DNA of 63,959 nt, counting the filler, from Octopus bimaculoides (Eukaryota): assembly GCF_001194135.2 (NCBI RefSeq). It is 4 parts of 4 records of this genome, joined end to end, with 100 filler letters (N's around TTAATTAATTAA, not from the genome) between each part and the next. Parts side by side here need not be neighbours in the genome. Positions count along the whole stretch, not along the records: positions 29,885 to 52,041 come from NC_068982.1; 3 more parts are not named here. One strand, 5' to 3'. Of this stretch, positions 36,879 to 51,448 are shown one piece after another (the stretch's first letter is position 1; the number at the start of each line of letters is the position of its first letter). Under the pieces are notes generated by a model. It saw only the letters and a program-made list of their open reading frames with translations, was not told where the DNA came from and did no database searches. The position numbers and the translations under genes were made by a program.

Positions 36879-39125
36879 CTATAAACATCACAAGCCAGAA
36901 ACAACTTATTTGGAAACCATTAAGAGATTTCCAATGAACAAAGGAATTTATTTCACTTCTAAGACCTTTTGCACTTTTTACTAATACGAACGGAGCCATT
37001 TTTTTAAAATAATTTATACATTGAACATAATAAGTATAACGAGATGAAGTTTTCAATTTGGAAAACATAATCTACAGATTTTTCCATTAACTTCCAGAAA
37101 TAATCCATAAATTTCTTCTTAAGAAGATTTCTGTTTACATTTGATTTCATTGATTGAGAATGTTTATTCCAGAATTTTCTGTTATTTGTGCGCCTATTCT
37201 TTTGAAAAAAACGTGGGCGACATTTTCTATTTGGAGAAGAAGAAAAATAAGAGAATAAAAGTAAATGCAGAAAATGTTCAGTATGAAATCAGAGCAAACA
37301 ACAAAAGTTGTACATAATGTAAGCGAATGGGCATCTGTTGCTAATGTCATGTTTTCAATTAAAGATACTTGTAAATGTTAGTGGTAATGTGTTAATCAAA
37401 TAAGAAAATGGTGTTATGATGCAAACTAAAATTCGTAAGGGTTGAGGAGCAAAAATGTGTCAAAACGACACAATGAACGAGTTGTGTGCATTATCGTTGA
37501 TTCCATTGTTGTTGTAGTTGTGCTACATATTAATTACAGCTCACTTGTCGACTCGCCTTGTTCGAGCAGACCTAATGCGCAAATACCTTCCAGCTTTGAT
37601 GATGCCGGATCTTTCTATTTGTTTATTTTTTAGATATAGTACATAAGAATCACTATGCACCGTCTCCTTCCACTTCTAGGCGGGTTTTTAGCTGTTATTT
37701 CTAGTAGAGTGTGCGCCACCGTGTAGAGTCTGTTTTGACTCAGTATTGTACATTGTAGTCGGATAGTGTGGCTTTGTGAATAATTGCTGTATGTCATTCG
37801 GGAATGAAGTAATTATTTCATTTCTAAACGATTTAGTCAACTGAGTAAAGGTTAACACTCTTTTTCAGGGCTACTGAGAATGATAGGAGGAAGGGAGGAA
37901 TTTATCTTCAGTCTGCTGTCTTACACGAATGCTTGCAATAACGTGCACTGCATGGAAGGACCAGGTGGTTGTATTAAACCAATGTCGGATTACGTCTACT
38001 ATACGCATTGTGTACGAGCTGAACACCCGGCAAATGTTGGGTTGACGTAGAAAGAGATTGTTCGTTGTTAATATCTATCTAAAGAATGGAAGATTATCAA
38101 GAGGAACACTTTAAGATCGTTCTTTGCTTAAAGGATTATTCATGATAAATATAACGTAAATCTAGAGCATTTATGTATTTCCCATATTGGACTGGAAACA
38201 TTTTATAATCTATCTACCGATTTAATATCACTTCCTTGTCCTTGAATGTATTTAAATAGATTACCCTTTGTTGTAAGTATTCGATTTAGGTTTACGGACT
38301 AAGAATAAAATCCTTTTCTCACCACCCTTCTCAGACGCCCTGTAAAAGCTCATGTACGTTGCCCGTCTTCCATCGTGGAACAAGTACTATTGTAACAAGT
38401 TAAAGCGGCGTGCTGGCAGAACTCCTACTGCATTGGGTAATAGTGCTTAGCAGCATTTCATCCATGTTTACATTCTGAATTGAAATGCTGCATCAAATTG
38501 TTCTCACGTGTAAAATCTACACTGAGCATAGAACTTTCTCCAGGAGGAGTGAAGGTAACTTGTTAAGTGTAAAATTCAATGAAAACCAGGTGAGCTTTCA
38601 GTATGTCATGATGCTTCTCGGGAGTGACGGTAGGAGTAGGTGTTGCTTTTGTCGTCGTCGTTCATGTTGTTGCTGTTGTTTAACCCTGGTGAAGCTTGTT
38701 GAATAGTGCAAATACTTAAGACATTCTAGTTATACAAACTCTTTCATTGTTCATTCACTATTTTGAGTAAGTCTAGAGGTAACAATTTCCATCTGTGGTT
38801 TTTAGTAATTTGAAAAAAAAAAGCTAGATTAATATTTCCCAAACACTTCTGAAATAGTTACAAAAGAGATTTATCATTTATTGTTCAAAACCATTTTTTG
38901 CACCGTGTACAGCGATCTGTAACGATTATTTACATATTTATTCATATTACGTCCAGACAGGTTCAGGTGCAAAATATGCCGATCTATGTTGTGTACGTCA
39001 TAGGGCAATAAAGTGCAGGTGCTATTTTTTTTTGTCTCTTTCATATTCTTTTAAAGCATAAGTCAATGCTCGAGCTTGTTTGAACTACAAACAAACAGAA
39101 CCCGGTGGAATGAGATCTCACGTAC

Positions 39126-39318
39126 ATTTGTAACACTTAAATTCTGATACTGCCATAGATTTCTTGTATGTGAGGGTACGTAGAAGGTGTAGTACAGGTG
39201 AGAGCTGTTGCGATCCTCTAGTCGACTGCGTGACTGCATCTTTCACTAAAGTACTCGCGGTATTCGAAAGATGAAAGTCTTCATTATCCACGCCATACAA
39301 TTCATCATGGGAGTCCAT
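39126..39318 (-). CDS. Candidate first coding exon of an unidentified gene
   Basis: ATG-initiated MDSHDELYGVDNEDFHLSNTASTLVKDAVTQSTRGSQQLSPVLHLLRTLTYKKSMAVSEFKCYK, non-repetitive, followed by donor T/GTACGT, inside the CpG-rich domain. Confidence 0.25.
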
Positions 39319-41322
39319 GACAGGGAGGTGTTACATCAGTAATTTTAGCGCAAAAGATGGTTATACTCGATAGCAAGTTCACAGCTACAGCCACATACAC
39401 GTACACACAGGCAAGATTCCTCACAGTCGCCGTCTACTGGATTTTAATTACAAGACTGGTCAACCCGAAGATATTGTTGAAAACACATGCCCAAAATACT
39501 GTTTAGTGGTATCGGACCTGTAATTTGTATATGCAAAACAAAATTCTTAACCACGCGGCCATAGCTGTATCTGTGATTAGGTAAATTTCAAATGCTGTAC
39601 TGTATTCCTTTTGCCAAAATTTCAATATTGATTACAATATTGAGATCTTGACAAAAGCATGACTGATAGCACAATCAACAATGTTCCGAACATAGTATTT
39701 TGTTGTCTATACTTCGATAATCTACTGCGTTGAAAATTTATCCAATGAGGGATCTTGACGTTTTGTTCATGAAGACTGTCGATAAGCATACGGCAACTGT
39801 TGTGAGATAGTCACCAGATAATCATCCAAGAAGTTAGTAGTCTCATCAACGGTGCAGAGTGTTTTCATGATTGAACATTTAACTCTTGGCAGTTGAACTT
39901 TCATAGCTCTTAGTTGTTGTTGTTTTTAGATCCCAGGTCAGCCCGGATCCAGCAGATCTATGATCAATGGCATTCTAACCGTAACCATACAGCAGTTAGA
40001 AAGTGTATTTAAATTTAAAAGTACAAAGCTGCAAGGTGTAACTTGAGGGATATTTCGTTACTATTTCTAGGAGGTGTAGTGACAGCTTAGATGCGCCTAG
40101 TCGTTAGATTGCTCTGCTGGTTTAAATGTTTTCCGCAGCCAACTGGAGTCGATCTACGATATCATTCCTATAAAACTTTATTTTGTATCTAAGTTTTTAT
40201 AACAAATCCATCAGGAACGATGAATGTGAGGCGAAGAAGGTGATTGTGATATTTTGTATCGATCTACATTTATGCGAAGCTCCTTCCCGGTTTTCTGTTC
40301 TTTTATTATGAGTTATGCTTCAGTTTTCTGATAAATAAATAAATTGACGAATAAATGTTATTTCCTAATCCATTCACAGAATTCACATTCTGCAGACCTG
40401 CTTTAGAGTGTTACATTGCAATCGTTGAGAACTGCAATAAATCTTCAATTACCTTCTTCTAGACTATGACTCCACAATAAGATCCATTCATTTACATAAC
40501 ATTAACATCCACACACAATGAGATAGAATATTAATCTTGCTTGTTATTGCTGTTATTATTCTTTATCCATTGGTATTTATGTACACACTTGCTTGTCTCT
40601 GTGTGCTTGTGTTAAATTATTAGTATCTATTTAATATATATTAATGGCTGGCATAGTCGAATGGTTAACGTGTTCGCTTCCGATTATGAAATACTGGATT
40701 CCTTTCCATTGCAAGACTTCTTGAGCGATATCCTTTTACTATATTCTGAGATCACCATAAGCTTTATGGGTGAAAATCAGCCGGCAGAAACTGCATAGAA
40801 GACCTTCGAATACTTTGTGCTTTTAATACAACGAAACAGTCTTGCATAAATTGTCGTGTTGATTCCGTCAGAATATTATATCTAGGATAAACGTGTCTCG
40901 TAAATGCTTAACCACTAACACGCTAATTCAATAAGTATATGAACGATTATTTGCATGTTTATTCCTAATGCTTCTAGGCAGATTCAGACGCAAAATACGT
41001 TGGTTGCTAAAGTGTACGTCATAGGAGAATAACTTCTCCATTTTATGTTGCCAGTGTGTTCAACACATTCAACTCATTGGCGCACGGAATTGAGACACTG
41101 GTATCTCGTCAGCCAGAAGCAGTCGGAACTCTGAACCTAGACAAAGCCGCTAGTTTTTGTTTATATTTCAGCGAACAAATTGTTTAACGGTGCCAACCGG
41201 AAAATCGTTATTTTTTCAACAAGCATACCGTTCTGCTAATCGCACAGTCGCAACCATGTATCGTCGAGACAGAGGTCAACTTAAAAACTTTGCACATATA
41301 TACACATGCACTCACACACACA

Positions 41323-41406
<84 letters not shown>

Positions 41407-41653
41407 NNNNNNNNNNNNNNNNNNNNNNNNNNNNNNNNNNNNNNNNNNNNNNNNNNNNNNNNNNNNNNNNNNNNNNNNNNNNNNNNNNNNNNNNNNNNNN
41501 NNNNNNNNNNNNNNNNNNNNNNNNNNNNNNNNNNNNNNNNNNNNNNNNNNNNNNNNNNNNNNNNNNNNNNNNNNNNNNNNNNNNNNNNNNNNNNNNNNNN
41601 NNNNNNNNNNNNNNNNNNNNNNNNNNNNNNNNNNNNNNNNNNNNNNNNNNNNN

Positions 41654-41728
<75 letters not shown>

Positions 41729-43566
41729 CAGAAGTGTAGTATTTCCATAATTCGCGGTGGGTGTGGGATGATATTAAGATGTGATGTATGATAGCTTTTC
41801 TGAGATGAAGTTAATACAGCCAAAGGACGAAATCGGAAAGAAAGGAGTGGTTTGTGAAGCACTGGTCATTTCCTCACCAAACATTTCGTTGATATCGCAA
41901 GCAGTTTCACCTGCTTTTCGAACTTTTTAGAAGTTAAAAAACAAAATTGCTCGAATATCGCGCTTTGACAGTCCCATTTTATATGATGGTAACAATGGTG
42001 AAAAAAATATCAATGTTAATTTATTGATGCATTTCGGCAAGACCATGCCTTTATTATCAGACAATTTCAAAAAAATGTTTAAAAATGTCCAAACTCTGCA
42101 AAAATCCGAAACAAATTCTTCATGGTTCAAAACCTTTTTTACTTTTTACTAAACCTGATACACTTCATTTATTGGTTAACAAGGCTACCAATAGTTTTAT
42201 GTAAGGTGGAGGATTCTCTTAGCAATTATCATTTCGGAGATAAGTACCAATGTTCGCATGTGGCTGGCTTGATAATTGCTAAGGGACTCTTTTTGATATG
42301 AAACCATTAGTAACCTAGTTAACCCACGAATGAAGAACAGTCATCCACCAATACGGTGTTGAGCACTCATTCCCACTCTTCCATACTAGTACATTTGTAT
42401 ATATATACATACACACACATACACATGCATATATATATATATANNNNNNNNNNNNNNNNNNNNNNNNNNNNNNNNNNNNNNNNNNNNNNNNNNNNNNNNN
42501 NNNNNNNNNNNNNNNNNNNNNNNNNNNNNNNNNNNNNNNNNNNNNNNNNNNNNNNNNNNNNNNNNNNNNNNNNNNNNNNNNNNNNNNNNNNNNNNNNNNN
42601 NNNNNNNNTAAATAAACAGTGTATGTCCTTTAAACTCTAGCTCACCATAAGGGTTTGTTGTTGGTGATTATGCATGATGAATTATGTGTTGCTATGATTT
42701 TAAAGATAAATAGTATGTCTGTAATAATCGTTAATTAGTTAAAAGACAATTATCAGAGGTTAAAATCAGGCACAAGCCCAATTTGTGACTCAGCTAACAC
42801 GGAAGCTACTACTGCTGCTGAGATGAAGAAGATAATGATGACGATGATTAGTGATAAAATATACAAATAAAAGTTCATCTGTCCTAAAATATATGCATCC
42901 GTTTTACTCCTTTATTGTTATCTGCAAAGTCAGTCAAACTGGAAAACACAATCCTTTGTGACTGGAAAAGTAGTATCAGAAAGTTGCATTTCGCTTTGAT
43001 ATACAGACATGTCTTGCATAATGCTACGATGTGACTTTCAGTCGTGCGTTCATGTTATTGGGTCAATCTTGTTCTTGTTCTATTTTAAGATCCATGAGTT
43101 TGACAATAAACCTCATTTTCAACAAGAAAGTATGTCGGTTACCCACAAAATTCACGGCAATATAAGAAGTCGATTGAACAATTGTACAGACATAGCTTAT
43201 GTCTATCCATTTGCACAACCTCATCTTTGGAATATCTCTCAGGTTCCTTTGTTTTCCATCTTGTTTTCCCTCTTCATCACCATCATTATTATGAAAGCAT
43301 AACACACAACGGTTGGATGATATCATGGCTGCTCTAGCTAGTCTATGTTTCTTTGTTTCATGCACATTTCTTTGAGAATGCACTATTGCATTAACAATAC
43401 TCTGTCTTAGAGCAACTTATGCAGAGATCTCTTCTTTAGCATGTACTAATTACTCTAACGTTGTATTGCATTCTCAATTTTTTCTTCAGCCGCAAGTACC
43501 AACTGTTCTTGGAATTCTGCAGTTTCCACTTCGTGCGTTCAATTTATGATTCCTTCTCTCCACTTC

Positions 43567-43612
<46 letters not shown>

Positions 43613-43622
43613 NNNNNNNNNN

Positions 43623-43653
<31 letters not shown>

Positions 43654-43873
43654 TTCTATCTCTCTCTCTCTCCTCTCTCCTCTCCTCTCTCTCTCTCTCC
43701 TCTCTCTCTCTGTCACTGTCTTACTGTCTTATTTTTGCTTTTGCTTTTTCGATGACTGATTTCTCTGTCCCTCTCCTGTTAACATTTCCTTTTTATTCCC
43801 ACGCACCTTTTCAGCCATAATACATATATATACAAAAACCAACATTTTCTGGTTAGGGGATACATTCTAAAAT

Positions 43874-44255
43874 AGGCGCAGGTCTGGCTGTGTGGTTAAG
43901 AAACTGTCTTTGCAACCATGCCCTTTTAACTTCAGTCCCACTGCTCCGCATCTTGAGCAAGTGCCTTCTACTCCCTTGTGAGTGAACTTTGCAAACAATT
44001 CCTTGTCAGTGAACTCGGTAAATGGAGACTGTGTGGAATTCTATCATATACATATGTATTTGTTTATATATACGCGCTTGTGATTTTGTGTTTGTCCCCA
44101 CCAACACTTAGCAACAAGAGGTTCGGCAAAAGAGACCCATGGAATAAGTACCAGACTTTAAAATAAGTGCTGCAGTCGATCTGTTTGCCTAAACTGTTCA
44201 AGACAGTGCTTTAAATGGCTTCTGTTCAATGACTGAAGCAAGTAAAAGATAAAAG
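43874..44255 (+). mobile_element. Family A SINE, full length, diverged
   Basis: Head AGGCGCAGG..TGGCTGTGTGGTTAAG, CORE-like CTTGAGCAAGTG, tail GACTGAAGCAAGTAAAAGA. Confidence 0.8.
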
Positions 44256-45092
44256 GACAGAAGATAAGATCCTAACTATAAACTGTAGCAGTTAAATACG
44301 AATCGTTAGTCAAAACGAAATTGCCTACCGTTTCAGCTATAACCTGGATATAGCTACAGCTATAACTTAATTTTTCACGAGAGAAATAGAAATCTCACAA
44401 AAAAATTACTGTTATGAAAGAGAAAAAAAGAGCCACTTGTAAAAACAAAATATTATTTTATATAATGATGCAGAATAAAATATATGAACTATGAATTCTC
44501 ACAGGAAAATTTTCGCTGGTGAATTTGCTGGCACAGATGGCAGTCGTGATGGTAGTGGGGACGATCGGTCGCAAAATGTCTACGACAGTACAAAATGCAA
44601 AATAATCTAGCAGTGGCATGCTGGAAGTGAGAGTGAGAGGTAACTTATTTTACTGAGTCATGACGAAAGCCACTCGATTTGAATTCGTAATTGCGTAAGG
44701 GTAAATAGTTGGTCGAAACATTTCGAGCATTAGCGTGACAAACGCACACAATATTATTTTAGTCATGATAAATGCATGTAGAGATATACACACTTACACA
44801 CGCGCGCACGCACACACATATGTATATATATATATATNNNNNNNNNNNNNNNNNNNNNNNNNNNNNNNNNNNNNNNNNNNNNNNNNNNNNNNNNNNNNNN
44901 NNNNNNNNNNNNNNNNNAGAGAGAGAGAGAGAGAGAGAGAGAGACGCTTTGTTATTAGTAGTATTGAAGTCGGCTTTGTTTTTCATCCTTTTGGGGTCGA
45001 TGAAATAAGTACTAGTTGAAAACTGGGGTCGATGTAATCGACTTACACCTCTCCTAAAATTGCTGGCATTGTGCCAAAATTATATTATATAT

Positions 45093-45557
45093 ATCTCAGG
45101 TCTTGTTGAAACTCCTGAAGCCTTGCATATGCAGCGGGCTTGCTGCCTGCAGCCTATGGTACCATGCCATCTCTTCTTTTCAGGAATCTAGTACTTTCCT
45201 GATTATTCTGGCCGTGCCAAGGAGGAAAACCTTTTGTAACAGTTCTACTGGGCACTTTATTCTGATTTCCTTTATATTCCTCTTGATATCTTCTGATACT
45301 GTCCCGAAGGAGCCAACAATAATTGGCACTATCTTCACCTTTTTCATTTTCCATAGCCGGACTATTTCATTCTTAAGTGGGTTGTATTTATTTTTCGCCT
45401 TCTTTCTTGACTATTCGCGGGTCAAAGGGGCTCGCAACATCAACTATATAGCACATGTGGCGTATCTTGACTACCATTATTAGATCCGATCTATTATGCT
45501 GTAGCACCTGGTCTGTTTGGATTAGGAAATCCCAGAGGATTTTGCAAATCTCCAAAC
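45093..45557 (-). mobile_element. 5'-truncated R4/Dong-like non-LTR retrotransposon (restriction-like endonuclease end plus 3' UTR)
   Basis: KILWDFLIQTDQVLQHNRSDL...YIVDVASPFDPRIVKKEGEK, one frameshift, then YNPLKNEIVRLWKMKKVKIVPIIVGSFGTVS...LLQKVFLLGTARIIRKVLDS* (stop 45180-45182). This is a typical RLE C-terminus. Confidence 0.88.

Positions 45558-45624
<67 letters not shown>
45558..45624. repeat. (TAT)n/(AAT)n microsatellite at the 5' junction of the R4/Dong-like fragment
   Basis: Perfect run. Confidence 0.95.
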
Positions 45625-45848
45625 GTGATCGTACATAGCCTAGTGGTTAGTGTGTTGAACTCACGATCGCGAGATTGTTGCTTCAGATCCTAGATTGAGT
45701 GGTGCGTTGTGTTCTAGAGCAAAATACTTCATCTCACGGTGCTCTGCGATCACTTCGACTCCTGACGCGCGGCACACTGTGCACCTGTTCAGACAACGTC
45801 GATTTGATGGAGGGAGTGAGCTAATGTACGGCACATGCGTTTGATCAC
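45625..45848 (+). mobile_element. tRNA-derived SINE of a further family
   Basis: A-box-like TAGCCTAGTGG, B-box-like GCTTCAGATCC, CORE-like TTCTAGAGCAAAATACTTCAT. Confidence 0.6.
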
Positions 45849-45853
45849 TTTAA

Positions 45854-46072
45854 CCCTTTAGCATTCTGATTAATATGTCAAATGTAATACCTGTTAATTA
45901 CATTGTTTTAAATTAATTGTACGTCATCTTGTAACTCTGAGATTTTGATGATGTCCCTGTTTATTTTTAGAATGACTTTGTAGTGTAGGTGTGAGAGGTC
46001 AGAGCTGGCTGGTTTGAACATAAAACAGGAAGACAATTTTGGCCTGATATGGCCGGTTTAAACACTAAAGGA
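45854..46072 (+). mobile_element. piggyBac-type MITE, second copy
   Basis: TTAA at 45850-45853 and 46073-46076; homologous to 5387-5610. Confidence 0.75.
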
Positions 46073-46517
46073 TTAAACAGATCATTTGTGCAGGTTATTC
46101 AGCAAAGGCTGAATGCTCATACGACTTCGAAGGGAGATTCCATCGTTTTTATTATAATCATTTGAGTTCAAATGTCACCAAGGTTACCTTGTCTTTCATC
46201 TTTTCGGGGTCAATAAAATAAGTACCAGTTGAACCCTGAGATCAATTTAATTAACTAACCTCCTCCACTGAAATTGCTGGCCTTGTACCAAAATTTTAAA
46301 TCATTATTTTTGTATTCAGAGTAGTAGTAAGATAATAAATTACTTCTACTTTGAGTTCAAATTCTGCCGAGGTTGCCTTTACCTTTCATCCCTTTCGGGG
46401 TCGATAAAATATGTACCAGTCGAGCACTGGGGTCGATGTAATCAACTTACCCCCCTCCCCCGAAATTGTTGGCCTTTTGCTAAAATTTGAAGCCATCATC
46501 GTTACTACTTCAACTAT

Positions 46518-46679
<162 letters not shown>

Positions 46680-46927
46680 CTGACTACATGTATTTCCACT
46701 GAATGATATTTTGAAAGCTGTTAGGCTTCAGAACAAAGTAGAAAAATTGCAAATAAGCAGACAAACTGACCACAGAATTTTTCTGTGAGAGTTAACTCTC
46801 TTAACCTTTTCCTTTTATAGGGTGCACACAACACAGAGAATATAGCTACCCGTAGTCGATAGTATTGCAACACACTGAATTGAATTCAATACAAGAAAGC
46901 AAAGAAACACTCATAATTTTCCTACAT

Positions 46928-46993
<66 letters not shown>

Positions 46994-47626
46994 TACTACT
47001 ACTACTACTTCTACTACTACATATAATGGTGAATACAAAAATCGTTCATTGTCAACTATCTTTTACGACAAACACAAAGCAGTGACTAAAATAGGATTTG
47101 AACTATAAAATTCTTACCTTACCATACAGTGACACTTTCCTTTTTATATATATATGTGCGTGTTTACATGCAGAAGGCATACACACACACATACAGACAC
47201 ACACGCACGCATATNNNNNNNNNNNNNNNNNNNNNNNNNNNNNNNNNNNNNNNNNNNNNNNNNNNNNNNNNNNNNNNNNNNNNNNNNNNNNNNNNNNNNN
47301 NNNNNNNNNNNNNNNNNNNNNNNNNNNNNNNNNNNNNNNNNNNNNNNNNNNNNNNNNNNNNNNNNNNNNNNNNNNNNNNNNNNNNNNNNNNNNNNNNNNN
47401 NNNNNNNNNNNNNNNNNNNNNNNNNNNNNNNNNNNNNNNNNNNNNNNNNNNNNNNNNNNNNNNNNNNNNNNNNNNNNNNNNNNNNNNNNNNNNNNNNNNN
47501 NNNNNNNNNNNNNNNNNNNNNNNNNNNNNNNNNNNNNNNNNNNNNNNNNNNNNNNNNNNNNNNNNNNNNNNNNNNNNNNNNNNNNNNNNNNNNNNNNNNN
47601 NNNNNNNNNNNNNNNNNNNNNNNNNN

Positions 47627-47660
<34 letters not shown>

Positions 47661-48269
47661 CATGCATGCATACATAGTTATATACATACATACATATATG
47701 CATACATATTTGTATATACGTATATACATATACACACACGCACGAACGCACACACACGCACACACATATACACATGTATAAAACAAGCAACATTTCGCAT
47801 ATTGAGTCCCCGGAGATCAGCAAATTCTTCCTTTCTTTGCAAGTCTCCGTATTTCGGATTATAATATCCCGTGATTTTTACGTCCAGGCAAATTAGCTGA
47901 GTGGATAGAATTCCATTATCCACATATATAAGACATCATTTCAGATTCATGAACACATTTCTTTGTATATTCACGATACCTGGCAATCGCGAATAAATAC
48001 GAGATGTTCTAAAAATGTCAGCTCCCGTTAGATGAAAGTATTAGAGCAGAGCTATCACACTTTTACTTAAGAGCCATAAAAGGGACCCAGACATTGGTTA
48101 ACAAGTACTATAGAGACGATAATCTCGTTATTATAACGTAGAAAAAGTAACATTCCTATTGAAATATTCTTTAAAATAGATGAATACCGCAACCTTCACT
48201 TTATCACATTTATAATCTTATATTTGTGCGTCTGATACTGGAAATATATCAAACATTATTTAAACAAGA

Positions 48270-48660
48270 GCAGGCGTGGCTATATGGTTAGAAGCTTGCT
48301 TCCCGACCATATTGTTCGGGGTTCGGTTCCACTACGTAGCACCTTAGACAAGTATCTTTTACCATAGCCTCAGGCCGACCAAAACCTTGTGAGTGAGATT
48401 TGGTAGATACAAACTGAAAGAAGCCCGTCGTATATATATATGTGTGTGTGTGTGTTTGTCGCTCCACCTTCGGTTGACAACCGATGTCGGCGTGTTTGTG
48501 TCCCTGTAACATAGTGGTTCGGCACACAAAAAAAAACCAATTGAATAAATGCCAGGCTTAACAAAATGTAAGTACTGAGGTCGATGCATTCGACTAAGAA
48601 ATTCTTCAAGGGGGGCCCCAGCATGGCCGCAGTCTAGTGATTGAAACGAGCAAAAGACAA
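48270..48660 (+). mobile_element. Family A SINE, full length
   Basis: Head, central (TA/TG) spacer and tail all match 54681-55081. Confidence 0.88.
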
Positions 48661-49047
48661 ACGATAAAATATATGGCAAATTACAGCAATGGGTACTGAA
48701 GAGATATAGAAGCGAGGACGGTGAAAGAAAGAACGAATGAAAATAAAATAGAAAATTGAAAGTAAGAATAATTTTCTCTGAATAAATGTGAACTAAAAAC
48801 CTAAAGCAATAAGCAAAAATAGGAGATGATGGTTAATACTTTATAGTTTTAATTAAAACTGACTGGTATATGTACAATCTTTCCGATCTGATATAAACAG
48901 CAGCTATCAGTATGTTATTTATGTGAAATGAAGTTATGGCTGTGAATAGAGTCCCACACCTAGTTTGCATATATGTACAAACATACATGTTTGTACATAT
49001 GCTCGCGCGCGCATAATATATGCAGACAGACAGACAGATAGATAGAC

Positions 49048-49100
<53 letters not shown>

Positions 49101-50185
49101 TACTAATAGAGGTCTGCAGATGATGATGTTGAAATCTATGTATGATAGTAAGTTTATATAACTACATATTTTCATGATTTTTGTTATTAAAAACATTTTC
49201 AGTATTTTCTTTATAGTTTATTCTGGAAAATCGGCTTGTTTTTTGTTATACAATTGTCATTGGCTTGTTTAAATGTTTATATAGATAAAGAATGATTACA
49301 CATTATATATGTATGTGTAAGTGTATATATGCATATATATATATATATACAGATTTGTACACATACGTAAATAGACGTAGTTTGGGAAATGCACAGAAAC
49401 GCGACTTATCGTTTGAAGTCTGTAAATAAACATTCATTCGTTTTTTGAACAGTTTAATTCACTTATCAAATTTTAATCATTATCAAACATTTGAGATTGT
49501 GACATCCAAAACACAGAGTCACTGATCAAGATCAATATTCACATTACGATGGCTAATTAGTGACAACAATCAATAATTCAATCCCCGTTTGGGTGATAGC
49601 AATCGAATTGTTGTTCTAGTAAAAAAGGTTATCTGCTCTGCAAGTAATGATCAAGATCATTCCAATGTAGATAAATCTATGAATACTGATACTGATGAAG
49701 AATTTACTGTGTGCTGAAGAATCGATAGCAATTTGCTATACGTTTGTAAATTTCATTGGCTTTAATAAGAACACAACCATCTTTCTGATAGTAGTTTAGT
49801 AAAATAAATTAGGGTGGGGTTGGCGATGGTGGTGATGGGTGGTGGAACATTGTTTGTGATAGCAATTTCATCAGCATTCTATTTATATTGTATGCTTTAC
49901 AAATTCTTTTTTTTTCAGTTCCTCTTCTTTCTTATTTTCTTCTCTTTCAGTTTGCTCCCACCGATATCATTGTTGTCGGTCATGTTGATGTTTTTCTCTT
50001 TTTAATCTTGGGAATAATGTTCAGCCATAATTTCATTGACTTGTCATCCAAACCAGTTATGATTAGTTTTTTTTTCCGTTTCTTTCTTTTTTTTCTTTTT
50101 TTATTTTATCGTTTTACTTTTCCAGTTTCATAGTTTTCCCGGTGTTTTTCTTCTCCCCAACCACAAAAGCCAAATATATATTTAA

Positions 50186-50247
<62 letters not shown>

Positions 50248-50447
50248 CTATGTATGTATGTATGTATGTATGTATATGTATATAAGGGGAAAAGAAAAAG
50301 AATTTGGCGTCCATGTTATGCTTGTATAATCACTAATAAATGGATTGAGAAAATGGAAAGGACAGTGTTCCATTCAATAATAGAGTGAAATAATCCAAAT
50401 ATTACATGATACAATACTTCTAACGAAATTACTGTCATAGAAGAAAG

Positions 50448-50493
<46 letters not shown>

Positions 50494-50891
50494 CAGCGAC
50501 AACAAACCAGTAGTTACTGGCATGAAAAACGTGCAATTTTTTCGCTTTATTTCTCATTTTATGTTTTCTGGGGGGTTTTTTTTCAAAGAAGCCAGCAAAA
50601 TAGAGGTACTAAAATATTTATACGGTAATATTTTTAAAGTAAATCACTAAATTAAATTCTATTTTGATATTAGTTTGTTATAAAAAGGTATATAATTCAA
50701 TTTAAAAGAGTTTAGTGTGAGATATAAAAAGGACGATATATTTAGCAGAGATACAAAGGCAATCTGGAACAGACATGGGACGTATTTAAAGTCATGTATT
50801 GTTCACAAACTGTTTCTTTTTTTCAACAATTTTAATGCTTCATTTTCTCATTTTTGTTTAAAATTCCATTGTTATTCTGTTGTCTATTAAT

Positions 50892-50942
<51 letters not shown>

Positions 50943-51267
50943 GACATTTTCTTGAAATATGGAAAATAGGTCTTCTGTTCAGAATTATGGCTGGTAGCTG
51001 ATTTAATTTAAATTTCGCCTACCTTAGTGTTCTGATTTGTCTTTTAAAATAACTAAATAACTGAAAATTCTGAGTTACTGACTATCATCTATTTTTTTTC
51101 CACTCGATAAAAAAAAAAATATTCAGGAACTTAATTATGAACTAGCAGGCTCGTATTCTTCTTCAAAGTAACGTGTCACAACAGAAATATATATGTGATA
51201 CTCCATAATAATATATTATATATTTCCCAGTTACAGTATTACTAAAACTCGCACGCGCGTACATAGA

Positions 51268-51301
<34 letters not shown>

Positions 51302-51448
51302 AACACGCACACACACACGCACACACACATTGCATACACAGATGTTCGGTTAAGAAATTCTCTTCCCAGTCCCGTAGTTCAGTGCCCAATTCCTTGCGTG
51401 ACACCTTAAGAATGTTTGCTAGATCAATCCAACCTTGTTACAGAATAT

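Noticed and set aside
43009-43383. Overlapping 97-aa and 106-aa ORFs in non-repetitive sequence
   Set aside because: No recognisable domain, no consistent splice signals, both strands open; cannot be supported without a search.
44325-44365. 7-bp hairpin followed by GAAAC on the minus strand
   Set aside because: The CUGANGA core is absent; it arises from a local AGCTATA repeat.
44655-44730. ATGACGA...GTCGAAAC possible long-stem-II hammerhead
   Set aside because: C3 is replaced by A, there is no GUH triplet and both stems are poor.
47780-47920. LLISGDSIC resembling a LINE ORF1 esterase motif
   Set aside because: Only one short motif with no further alignable sequence.
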